Positions 1 to 8,297 of a DNA stretch of 13,806 nucleotides are shown here, one piece after another; within the stretch, counting starts at the first letter, position 1, and every line of letters begins with the position of its first letter. This DNA is from a bacterium (GTDB taxonomy: Bacteria; SAR324; NAC60-12). The notes beneath the pieces are model-generated. The model was not told the origin of the DNA. It made no database searches and saw only the letters and a program-made list of their open reading frames with translations. The position numbers and the translations under genes are program-made. The stretch covers positions 1 through 13,806 of the forward strand of contig CBDBHR010000019.1 in NCBI GenBank assembly GCA_965205865.1. The letters run 5' to 3'.

Positions 1-150
1 GTTGACAACACCCGCCTGTTGTCCCAGCCGGCCCATGAGGGCGTCGATGACATTACCCGGGATGAAGCGCACCGAGAAAAAGACCAAGAGGGACAAAATA
101 AACAGGGTGGGGATGATGAGCAAGATCCGCCGGATGATATAGGCTTTCAT
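1..150 (-). CDS. Peptide/nickel ABC transporter permease (DppB/OppB-like), N-terminal part; runs off the window
   Basis: Not in the ORF track. ATG at 150-148 reads MKAYIIRRILLIIPTLFILSLLVFFSVRFIPGNVIDALMGRLG..., the typical 'YI.RR.L..IP.L...S..VF......PG' start of OppB/DppB permeases. It lies 15 bp after the substrate-binding gene stop. Confidence 0.9.
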   Translation of the reverse strand, partial: MKAYIIRRILLIIPTLFILSLLVFFSVRFIPGNVIDALMGRLGQQAGVVN

Positions 151-165
151 GCGCTAATTACCCAA

Positions 166-531
166 TTATTTCTTCATGTCCTCATCAATCCAGAGACGGG
201 CCCAGGTATACGGGCCATAGTTCATCCCTCCCATGGTGACTTCGCCGTTGAATCCAAGGACATAGGGATGGGCTACCTGATACCAGGGAGCGCTAGGCCC
301 CCATAAATACCAATGCTGCGCCATTGCGTAAAGATCTGCCGTGCGCGTCCACTTCTGCAACTCCTCTACAGTGGTCGAGCCCACGGCATTATCATAGATT
401 ATGTCGTATATCGGGTCGCTGATTCCCATGCGGTTCCATGAGGTATCCGTTTGACCCCAGCTGATGGAATCAACCGGATTATACGGCGTTTTCATAACCG
501 CAAACGTCAACGCGTCAAATTTCTGGTTCTG
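166..531 (-). pseudogene. Family 5 ABC substrate-binding protein, C-terminal fragment (5' part lost)
   Basis: ...ISDPIYDIIYDNAVGSTTVEELQKWTRTADLYAMAQHWYLWGP...HPYVLGFNGE...WARLWID resembles an OppA/DppA C-terminus and precedes a permease. Only about 120 aa remain; upstream the frame runs into the inverted repeat and a stop near 592. The upstream boundary is approximate. Confidence 0.8.
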
Positions 532-537
532 AAAAGG

Positions 538-613
538 GGTCAGGCCTTTGATTATTTGATTAGGAACGAGTCCAGTTTTTTTGCCCCTTTTTCATTTAAT
601 CAAAGGCCTGACC
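538..613. repeat. Perfect 17-bp inverted repeat pair with 42-bp spacer
   Basis: GGTCAGGCCTTTGATTA (538-554) and TAATCAAAGGCCTGACC (597-613) are exact reverse complements. Confidence 0.9.
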
Positions 614-866
614 ACCTTCTTGCGTGACCCTGGCTTAAATGACGATAAAACCAATAACCGAAATAACCCGCTTCATAGACCGCTTCGATATCGAGCGCTT
701 TGAAGGGACTCAACAGCTTTTTCAACGCCGACCAACTAGCTGGGATCGACTGACTGCTCATCTCGCAATCAAAGCTCCGAAAGGTTACGTGAAAACTCTT
801 CTTATGCACGTCAATGCCAACAAAAAGGATTTGGCCTGATAATGATTCAATGTTATCCTTTTTCAT
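600..866 (-). pseudogene. IS110-family transposase, N-terminal DEDD-domain fragment
   Basis: ATG at 866 with GAGGAG RBS. Motifs LFVGIDVHKKS and VYEAGYFGYW match the IS110 RuvC-like N-terminus. Truncated after about 80 aa at the inverted repeat. Confidence 0.88.
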
Positions 867-937
867 GACAGTCTCCTCTAAAAGGGTTGTTTGTAATATG
901 TAAAACTTCATTTTTATCACAACCCTCGGAGACTGTC
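867..937 (-). promoter_or_regulatory. Stem-loop in the IS110 5' non-coding end covering the transposase RBS
   Basis: GACAGTCTCC (867-876) pairs with GGAGACTGTC (928-937) and AGGGTTGT (883-890) with ACAACCCT (919-926). The stem includes the minus-strand RBS just before the ATG. Confidence 0.55.
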
Positions 938-1022
938 TGGTTTACATAGTAACTATGTGGCGGGCACTGATGATATGGAGCAAACTCATTTGACGACATC
1001 CCCTAGAACAATCGGAGCAATT

Positions 1023-2174
1023 ATGCCAAATGACCACGAACTGGAGGAATTCAATACGGAGCCGTTTTCCGCAGCAGTGTCACAGTTCCGCGAACTCATC
1101 AGTGGCTGCGATGGTATGGCGTTCCTAATCGGGGCTGGTTGTAGCAGGTGTGCCGGGCTCCCTCTCACCAAAGAACTGACGGACAAAGTTCTTGATGACG
1201 GAGAGGTAGACTGCTTGAGCAAGAAAATTCTTGGTGCAGTGAAGGCTATATTCTCCGAAGCTACTGACTCTCACATAGAGGACTACCTCAGTGAGATTGT
1301 CGACTTACTCGCTATCACGGACCGTAGAGCCGAAAGGGGAGTCAAGAAAAACACTGTTTCAGTGGGGGACACTGAATACACTGCTGACCAATTGCGAATA
1401 GCGAGCAACCAGATCAAGCGAGCAATTGCCGGAGTCATAAGAGGGAAAGTAAACATATCTACGCACCAGGACTTCGTGACTTCGGTGCATCGGCCTGTGC
1501 GAGTTGGGCGACCAGCACCTACGCAACCTGTGGACTACCTTGTGCTTAACTATGACACCATCATCGAAGATGCACTAGCTCTGGGAAATGTTCCGTATGC
1601 CGATGGTCTTTATGGAGGAGCAACCGGCTGGTGGGACCCTAATACATTCGAAGCGACTGGATTGGCTGCCCGTGTCATCAAGCTCCATGGATCGATTGAC
1701 TGGCGCCAATTCCCAGATGAGCAATCACCCCGGAGGATTGGACCGAGCATAGAGATACCAGGCGAACTAAACCTGCCAGTGCTCATTTGGCCCTCCTCGA
1801 CCAAGTACCAAGAGGCGCAATTGAACCCATTTGCTCAACTGCTAGACAGGGCAAGAAGAGCCATTAGGTCGGCTTTTGGAGCACAGCACTTGCTTGTTGT
1901 ATGTGGATACTCATTTGGGGACAGCCACATTAACTTGGAAATAGACAATGCGCTTAAGGAGTCTGAGGGCAAATTAACAGTTGCTGCTTTCACTAATATG
2001 GACAAACCAACTGGACTGTTGAAAGATTGGCACGACAATGAGGCGGTTCGAGGGCAAGTGTTGATCTTTGCAAATCGAGGCTTCTTCCACGGCGATAGGG
2101 AAGAGATTTCTCAAAGAGATCTCCTGTGGTGGAAGTTCGAAAGCCTCACAAAGATACTAAAAGGAGAAATATGA
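1023..2174 (+). CDS. sir2: SIR2-like NAD+-hydrolase effector of a SIR2-HerA defence system (383 aa)
   Basis: Sirtuin-fold motifs FLIGAGCS...GLP, VLNYD, IKLHGSIDW, GYSFGDSHIN. GGAG RBS before ATG 1023 (ATG 975 and GTG 957 are in-frame alternatives). The stop overlaps the herA start (ATGA, 2171-2174). Confidence 0.92.
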   Translation: MPNDHELEEFNTEPFSAAVSQFRELISGCDGMAFLIGAGCSRCAGLPLTKELTDKVLDDGEVDCLSKKILGAVKAIFSEATDSHIEDYLSEIVDLLAITDRRAERGVKKNTVSVGDTEYTADQLRIASNQIKRAIAGVIRGKVNISTHQDFVTSVHRPVRVGRPAPTQPVDYLVLNYDTIIEDALALGNVPYADGLYGGATGWWDPNTFEATGLAARVIKLHGSIDWRQFPDEQSPRRIGPSIEIPGELNLPVLIWPSSTKYQEAQLNPFAQLLDRARRAIRSAFGAQHLLVVCGYSFGDSHINLEIDNALKESEGKLTVAAFTNMDKPTGLLKDWHDNEAVRGQVLIFANRGFFHGDREEISQRDLLWWKFESLTKILKGEI

Positions 2175-2965
2175 ACTCCGACAAACGTAACACTGGCGAA
2201 CCAATCGAGAATTTGGCAATCGGCAAAATCGTCGAGGTCGATGGGACACACATTGTTGCCGAGTTGGATTCCGGTCTTACCGAGTTGTCTCGAATATACG
2301 GAGGCGAAGTCTATCCTATCGGCCAATTCGGCTCGATTGTCAGAGTGCATTTTGGGCGGCGTATCATATATGCGTTTGTAGGACGCCTCCGCATGAAGGC
2401 AGATTATGAAGCCGAACGTGGGGTGTCGATAACGACAGCAAGAGACGAGAGAGTTGTTGAGGCCGACCTTTTTGGGGAAGGCGAATGGAAGTTCGATTTG
2501 ACCCATGGCGAAGCCTTACTTAAATTTGAACGAGGTGTAGCAAACTTTCCGTTGCCGCAACAAACTCTGTATCTCACTCCCAAATCTGAGTTAAGGTTCA
2601 TATACGGTCACACTGAGAGCGCTGCCATTCAACTCGGCGAACATGTAGGGTCAGGAGGTGCCCCTTGCTTTGCTGACCTTAACGAATTGTTGGGAAAGCA
2701 CACTGCAGTCCTTGGTTCAACTGGTGCTGGGAAGTCTGCCGCAGTTGCCGCAATTGTGCATAGCATCTTAGAAAGAGGTGCACAAGTTAAATACGAAAGT
2801 TGGCATCCCCGCATCGTCATTCTTGACCCCCATAACGAATACGGATCGGCGTTTCCTTCCAGTACGGGCCTTTCGACAGAGAACGGAACTCTCAAACTCC
2901 CCTATTGGCTTCTAAATTTTCAGGAAACGGTGGCCTTGCTGATTGGAAAGACTGAGTTTGTAGCT
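2171..2965 (+). pseudogene. herA: HerA/FtsK-like ATPase, N-terminal part (HAS barrel and Walker A), interrupted by an IS
   Basis: AAGGAG RBS then ATG 2171. IGKIVEVDG...IGQFGSIV barrel, HTAVLGSTGAGKS Walker A, ILDPHNEY, LKLPYWLL. The frame ends inside the IS end (TAG 2972-2974). Confidence 0.92.
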
Positions 2966-2966
2966 A

Positions 2967-4799
2967 GACCCTAGCCGAAAAGGGTTTCGAAAATAGTAAA
3001 TATAACCGATTGGATTCTATTTGATTCTCTATTTGATTCAATATGACGAGAAAACGATTTTTTTGTTTTTTATTCGCCCACAGCACAGTTTTTATAGGGA
3101 AAAAATCTTTTTTGGACATACTTTCCTCGCCCCTGCTCATATTTCACACTCCCCCATTGAATATTCAGGCCGCTTGTTTGAGTTGTCTTTTTTTCAACTC
3201 AATCATTTTGCAAAAATTATAGGTTAATGCTTTTTCCAGCAACTCTGCCCGAACGTTTTCAATCCCTCTGCGCATAACTTGTCCGAAATGGAAACGATGC
3301 TTAAGATGAAACATCAACGACTCTGCAGCAGATCTTCCATTTCGTGATTCCAAATAGATTTCACTTTCCCATTCTTCAATCGGGGTCATCTTTTTTCCCT
3401 TTGCCCCACTAATACTAAAAACCTTAACGCCTTTGCCCATCCACTTTTCTCTGATCGCCTGATTGGCATATCCATCATCAAGGCTCACTTCAGAGGGAAT
3501 GGTGATGGTGCATCGCAAATGTTCAACAAGGGCAGGGTCGAGTTGCCCTGAATCAGCAGCATTGTCCTCCGGAGTAATTAACACGGAAATAAAACCATTT
3601 CCGCTCCTTCCTAATTGAGGCTTATATCCGATAAGCGCTTCTCGATCTCCCTTTTGAATATAAGCCGAGCTCTGATCGGAAAGACTCAATACTTTCTCAG
3701 TAGAAGGAACCTTCTTTTCTTCAAAAACTCTTTGATGACAGTAGATGATTACCCGTTGCAAATTAGAAATATCTTCATTCATCATTTCAATGAGGCGAAT
3801 CAAACGCGTTTTCCGAGAAGGGGGGAGAAGAGCTTTTTGGGCACGGATATCCACCTTTGCCATTTCTTTTAAAAATTTCCCATGAGCGCTTTGAGCTTTC
3901 TTCAATAGGGTTTTGTAATGTTTTTTTCGCTTCGTTTTACTGTCCTTTTTACCTGTCTCAAAAGCCATCATCTTAGAGAGCTTATTCATCTCCTTGATGA
4001 GGAAATCAAAATTTCTTTCACTGATCTCAGCGATTCCAAATGTATCAAGGGAACGCCCTCGATGGTAGCTTCGCTCCACGAGACGAGTCAATATCGACGA
4101 ATCAGTAGGCCAAGCTGTATTTCCTTTTACAGAGGTGCTATCCAGTTTTAAAATATCAAAATCGTCCAACTCTTCATCGAGAACCATTCGAATTTGAGCA
4201 TCGAAAATAAACTGTCTGCTCTCGTTGCTGACAGCATTGACATTATCAAGGATTGTACTCGCTCCCGGCATTTTCAATCCACGGTTGAGCAGAAGCAGAT
4301 GCAGTGTGATTGACTCTGAAAGAAATATTTGGGCCGTTTGGGATTTGATACTTCCTAAATATTCCCGAATCATCATAAAAAGGTAGACTAAAAAAGCCGA
4401 CATCCGAGGACACCCTATTTCCAGCCTCAGTTCTTCCGGCTTCAATTCCTCATCTTCTACGGGAAGATGAGGAAGCCATGGATTCCGGGCTTCCTGCCAT
4501 CGTTTATCCTCTAAACGCTCTTTCTTTTTATTTCTTGCGTATTTCTCCAAATCCTGTTCAATTTTGTCCAATATCTCCGGCTCTCGCTCAGACAATTGAT
4601 CAAGTTCTGATAAGAAATTTTCAAATTCTGTATCAGGAGCGCTTAAAATAAGATGTTTTTCTGCTCGAATGAATGGTTTCATTTTGGGTGCCATAATTCT
4701 TAATATTGAAGTTATTCACAGTGATTTCAATGAATTATGGCACTTTTTAACCTCAATTTTAAAGATATAATTCTAAAAAATACCTTTTCGGCTAGGATC
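2967..4799 (-). mobile_element. IS5/ISNCY-type insertion sequence (about 1.83 kb) inserted in herA
   Basis: 17-bp TIRs with one mismatch: GACCCTAGCCGAAAAGG (2967-2983) and CCTTTTCGGCTAGGATC (4783-4799). Flanking direct repeat TAGCTA at 2961-2966 and 4800-4805. Because the target is palindromic, a 4-bp AGCT TSD with ends 2966/4800 fits equally well. Confidence 0.92.
3165..4694 (-). CDS. DDE transposase, IS5/ISNCY-like (509 aa, apparently intact)
   Basis: LDSTSVKGNTAWPTDS, KVLSLSD...YIQKG...GYK, LDDGY, R.AAESLMFHLK...YN motifs; single ORF between the TIRs. Confidence 0.88.
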   Translation of the reverse strand: MAPKMKPFIRAEKHLILSAPDTEFENFLSELDQLSEREPEILDKIEQDLEKYARNKKKERLEDKRWQEARNPWLPHLPVEDEELKPEELRLEIGCPRMSAFLVYLFMMIREYLGSIKSQTAQIFLSESITLHLLLLNRGLKMPGASTILDNVNAVSNESRQFIFDAQIRMVLDEELDDFDILKLDSTSVKGNTAWPTDSSILTRLVERSYHRGRSLDTFGIAEISERNFDFLIKEMNKLSKMMAFETGKKDSKTKRKKHYKTLLKKAQSAHGKFLKEMAKVDIRAQKALLPPSRKTRLIRLIEMMNEDISNLQRVIIYCHQRVFEEKKVPSTEKVLSLSDQSSAYIQKGDREALIGYKPQLGRSGNGFISVLITPEDNAADSGQLDPALVEHLRCTITIPSEVSLDDGYANQAIREKWMGKGVKVFSISGAKGKKMTPIEEWESEIYLESRNGRSAAESLMFHLKHRFHFGQVMRRGIENVRAELLEKALTYNFCKMIELKKRQLKQAA

Positions 4800-4804
4800 T
4801 AGCT

Positions 4805-5710
4805 ACGTCGCAGGCGAACATTGTTAAGCGAGCGCTTGCTGTCGGACGCGATAAGGGAGCTTCCATTTTGAAACTGAAAAAGGAGGCCATAACAGTAGAC
4901 TCTCCTGTCCCATATAGCCTTGATACCCTTCGTAACGAGATTGAAAATGATAAACCATCCGCTGCCAGTAAGCAGGATTCCCACAACTCGATCCTCCAAA
5001 AACTCGATGTCTTGCGTTCCGATGCTAGGATGGATTTCTTGATGTCAGACTGGAACCAAACCGAAGGCGACCCGTTTGGAAGCATAATTGGTCAACTCGT
5101 CGGAAGAGATTCTCCGCTGAGAATTGTTGACCTGGCGGGAGTTCCTAACGAAGTGGCAGGAGTCGCCAGTGCCGTAATAGCCAGAACTCTCTTTAACCTA
5201 AAGGTTTGGCAAACCGAGGACGAACGGAAAATGGATCCAGTAATTCTAATTTGCGAGGAAGCCCACAGGTATGTTCCAAACAGTGGAGAAGCTCAATATG
5301 AGGCAGCGCAGGAATCTATTCGCCGGATCGCTAAAGAAGGGCGTAAGTATGGAGTGGGGTTATTTCTTGTATCTCAGCGTCCCAGCGAGGTCGAATCAAC
5401 AGTCCTTTCCCAGTGTAATTCGTGGATAGTCCTTAGAATTACCAACGAGTCCGACAGAAATCATGTCCGAGGTATTCTTCCAGATTCATTAGAAGGTCTG
5501 ACCAAGATGCTATCTGGATTGCGGAGGCAAGAAGCTGTATTTGCAGGGCAGGCGGCAACTCTACCTTCCAGGATCATGATCCGGGACCTTCGTAAAGATC
5601 AACTACCAGCGTCTCACGACATAGATTTTGACGAAGGTTGGCAAAATAAAGCGATGACGGACAAGCAACTTACCAAAGTGGCGACTCGCTGGCGCTACCA
5701 GATGCGCTGA
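4805..5710 (+). pseudogene. herA: HerA/FtsK-like ATPase, C-terminal part (Walker B, arginine-finger region)
   Basis: Resumes in frame after the TSD (TSQANIVKRA...). Motifs IVDLAGVP, ILICEEAHRYVP, RIAKEGRKYGVGLFLVSQRPSE, LSQCNS. Confidence 0.93.
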
Positions 5711-6269
5711 AAGAGGTTTTTGTCCATACCACAGCAACAACTCTGGCCTTCTTTGAGGACAGGCCAAGGACGGTTTATGAGTCGGCCGGAAATTCTAATT
5801 TCGATCCTGACAATCACACATAGGGTAAGTCCCTGGAACCAGTCTAAATTATCCGTTCTGCTGCTTTTCGCCGCACAGCCAAGATGAAGGCTAACGGACT
5901 CGGAGGATTGACGGGAGCCGCCAGATTAAGCTGATTTACCGACTCGCATCGGCTTTTCGTTGTGGGCCGCGTTATGCTTCTGATTCAACAACGGGGATAC
6001 TACAGTCCCATCCACAACTCAAAAACGGTACTGTCTATCGTCAAGTTAGGTCCACCACCGGGCCCTCACAGATACGGAATGACGGCTTTTTCTCTCAGGT
6101 GCCAACCAATGAATGGTCGTCTAGCAGGTTTCTGACCTCAGTCTTCGTCAGGCGGGATGGGGTTTCATCATCAGCCTGAAGGCCTCCGGCAGGTATTCCG
6201 AATACTACCTGGACAGCTTGGAGCGTACCGTGGCCTTGGCCGCGCTCTTCGCCGAAGCGCAGGAGTGGC

Positions 6270-6671
6270 TAAATTATTGAGAGGCTATTTCCGAAGAAAC
6301 AGAAAACTACTAAAATTGCTGATCCAAAGTGCCAATTTTGCCATCAAACAATATTTTCACGAAACCTTAGGAATGAAGGACGGATATACTGGTGGCATCT
6401 TTTGTATTCAATCCCACGGTTCTCTCTTCAACTTTCATCCTCACATCCATGAGTTGGTTCTTGGTGGAATTCTCAAAGACGATACATTCTACCAACCGTT
6501 TACCATAGCAGTTCCTATCGAGGCAAGGAGAGAAAAGAAAAATGAGGGGAACCCTTTGAAACAGAAAAGCGAAAAGGGAGAGCCAAAGCCAGCGCGAGTT
6601 GGGCATGGCTGACCCATAAGATCTTCGAAGTGGATCCACTCCTATGTCCCAATTGCGGCAAAGCACAGTAG
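6270..6671 (+). pseudogene. IS91-family (HUH/Y2) transposase remnant, internally deleted and frameshifted
   Basis: KLLRGYFRRNRKLL, GGIFCIQSHGSLFNFHPHIHELVLGG (HUH motif), then in another frame SSYRGKERKE and ASWAWLTHKIFEVDPLLCPNCG (typical C-terminal W...I..VDPL.CP.CG). The central catalytic-tyrosine region is missing. Confidence 0.85.
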
Positions 6672-6725
6672 ATGCATTGGAAATCAGAGATGTTCGCGTG
6701 TCCTGATGTGTCACGCGACAGTGGG

Positions 6726-7640
6726 CTACTCAAAGACTACCAATTCGCCATCCTTGACAATCAAGACCTTCGCGTCATAAACCGCGTCCCCGTTGGCGTC
6801 AAAAGAGAATTTACCGGAAATTGTGTCGAAATCTTTGACATTTGCCAGCGCGTCTCGGATCGCGGCGACATCCGTGGATTGCGTTTTCGCGATCGCCTCT
6901 GCTAAGATATTGAATGTTGCGTACGAACGCGCAGCAGGATTAACCGGTTCCGCGCCGTATCTGGCACTATAGTTCTTCACGAAAGCTTGATTCCCCGGCG
7001 TTTTGATTGGAGCGCCCCATCCTACAAAAGTTATCGCATCCTCAGCGGCTGGACCTGAGGCTTGCACATCTTTTCCAGTCAATGTACGCACAATAAAGGG
7101 AGCGGATATACCGAGTTCGTGCCCTTGGGTGAGTATCCCAGGCTTCTCCGGCGATAAACATGAAACATAAATAACGTCGGGGTTCAGTTTTTGTATTCGG
7201 GTTAATTGTTCAGAAAAGTCGGTATCCCCACCTTGGAAGTTTTCAGTGGTTAGCACCTCAATACCTTTGGCAGTGAGGACTTCCTGCACGGACGCATCCC
7301 CGTCGGTAGAGAAAAAATCTGCTGCATCATATATCGTAGCGGCGCGTTGGTAACCGAGTTTTGCGTGTGTTACCTCAATGCCGATGGGGATAAGCGTATC
7401 TGTAGTAAGCGCGACGCGAAAAACAAAATCACCAAGCCCGCTGAGACCGCGGAGCGTATCTGTAGTAAGCGCGACGCGAAAAACAAAATCACCAAGCCCG
7501 CTGAGACCGCGGGCAGAGGATGTCGGACTTATTGCTACCACCTGATTCACTTGCGCAATCGGAAATGTTTCCTTGGTTTGACCGGAGGTTGCAGGTCCAA
7601 GGATAATAGACACCCCGTCCGTGTGAATCAGCTTATTAAG
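6726..7640 (-). pseudogene. Branched-chain amino acid ABC substrate-binding protein (LivJ/LivK-like), 5'-truncated, with a 20-aa duplication
   Basis: NKLIHTDGVSIILGP, GDFVFR, GDTDFSEQLTRIQKLNPDVIY, FVKNYSARYG, ISGKFSFDANGD. No signal peptide; an in-frame stop lies at 7649-7647, so the N-terminus is absent. Confidence 0.85.
7393..7512. repeat. Exact 60-bp tandem duplication (2 copies)
   Basis: 7393-7452 is identical to 7453-7512; encodes RGLSGLGDFVFRVALTTDTL twice on the minus strand. Confidence 0.97.
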
Positions 7641-7665
7641 GAGTTCTTATTGGAAAAGATTTTCC

Positions 7666-8283
7666 TCATTCCAACCAGGATTTGAGCAATTTTATGGAAG
7701 CTCCGAGTTCTTTTCCTTCCCGATCAAGGGTATTAGAGTTATTTACGTGCGTTAAGATATTACGAACAGCATATGGTAAAGGGACAAGGTTTTCCTTGCC
7801 ACGTTCCTTGTATAGCTTGAGGAATTTTATTTCTCCTTGAATAAGCTTATACATCTTCTTTCGCGTTTCCGTCCCCGCGAAGACACCGTATTTCTGCTCG
7901 AATCTGCCGTATAGTAGGAAGAATTCCCCAATGTTGTGTTCGTACAACCCCTTCTCCTCAATGACGGACACAAGGATAGTCTGAAGAGCGGGGTCAAGAG
8001 AACCTAACGTATATGACTTCTCAATCACGTCCCTTGCCGCTTCCACGATTTCAAGCTTAGTAGCTATTTTCCAATCCAGTTCTATCTTGGCTGCCGTCAA
8101 TTGAACTGTATCGCCTCCGCGCACTTGGCGTAAAGTTAAATTTTCCAGGTGGAAGTGATGCCCACAACGGCGGTATTCTTTCGCCAGACGCAGTCCTTCA
8201 CACCGGATACTGGCCAAGTGTTGATCCCACCAGTCATCCGGTCTGACGGTGACAGAGACCCCAAGAGTTTCTTTTCGTGCCAT
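7666..8283 (-). CDS. Hypothetical protein (205 aa) with a possible C-terminal HEPN RNase motif
   Basis: Open ORF with AAGAGG RBS before ATG 8283. RNILTH (7764-7747) fits the HEPN Rx4H motif within a helical-looking C-terminus. The function is inference only. Confidence 0.7.
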   Translation of the reverse strand: MARKETLGVSVTVRPDDWWDQHLASIRCEGLRLAKEYRRCGHHFHLENLTLRQVRGGDTVQLTAAKIELDWKIATKLEIVEAARDVIEKSYTLGSLDPALQTILVSVIEEKGLYEHNIGEFFLLYGRFEQKYGVFAGTETRKKMYKLIQGEIKFLKLYKERGKENLVPLPYAVRNILTHVNNSNTLDREGKELGASIKLLKSWLE

Positions 8284-8297
8284 CGTATTTCCTCTTA

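Noticed and set aside
19-306. 95-aa plus-strand ORF
   Set aside because: Antisense to the clearly recognisable ABC permease and binding-protein frames.
2126-2170. Upstream GTG start for herA given by the ORF track
   Set aside because: ATG 2171 has a strong AAGGAG RBS and the typical ATGA overlap with sir2.
5744-5766. Terminator after herA (TGGCCT...AGGCCA)
   Set aside because: Short stem with no U-tract; not enough support.
5889-5977. Possible integron attC site (GGCTAAC ... GTTATGC with an internal imperfect hairpin)
   Set aside because: The R boxes are imperfectly complementary, the L boxes do not pair at the expected spacing, it is about 180 bp from the herA stop, and there is no second site or intI in the window.
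6694-6718. Hairpin TCGCGTG...CACGCGA downstream of the LivJ/K-like gene
   Set aside because: 7-bp stem with an 11-nt loop and no U-tract; could be chance.
7393-7512. CRISPR-like repeat
   Set aside because: Two abutting 60-bp copies with no spacer, inside a coding sequence.
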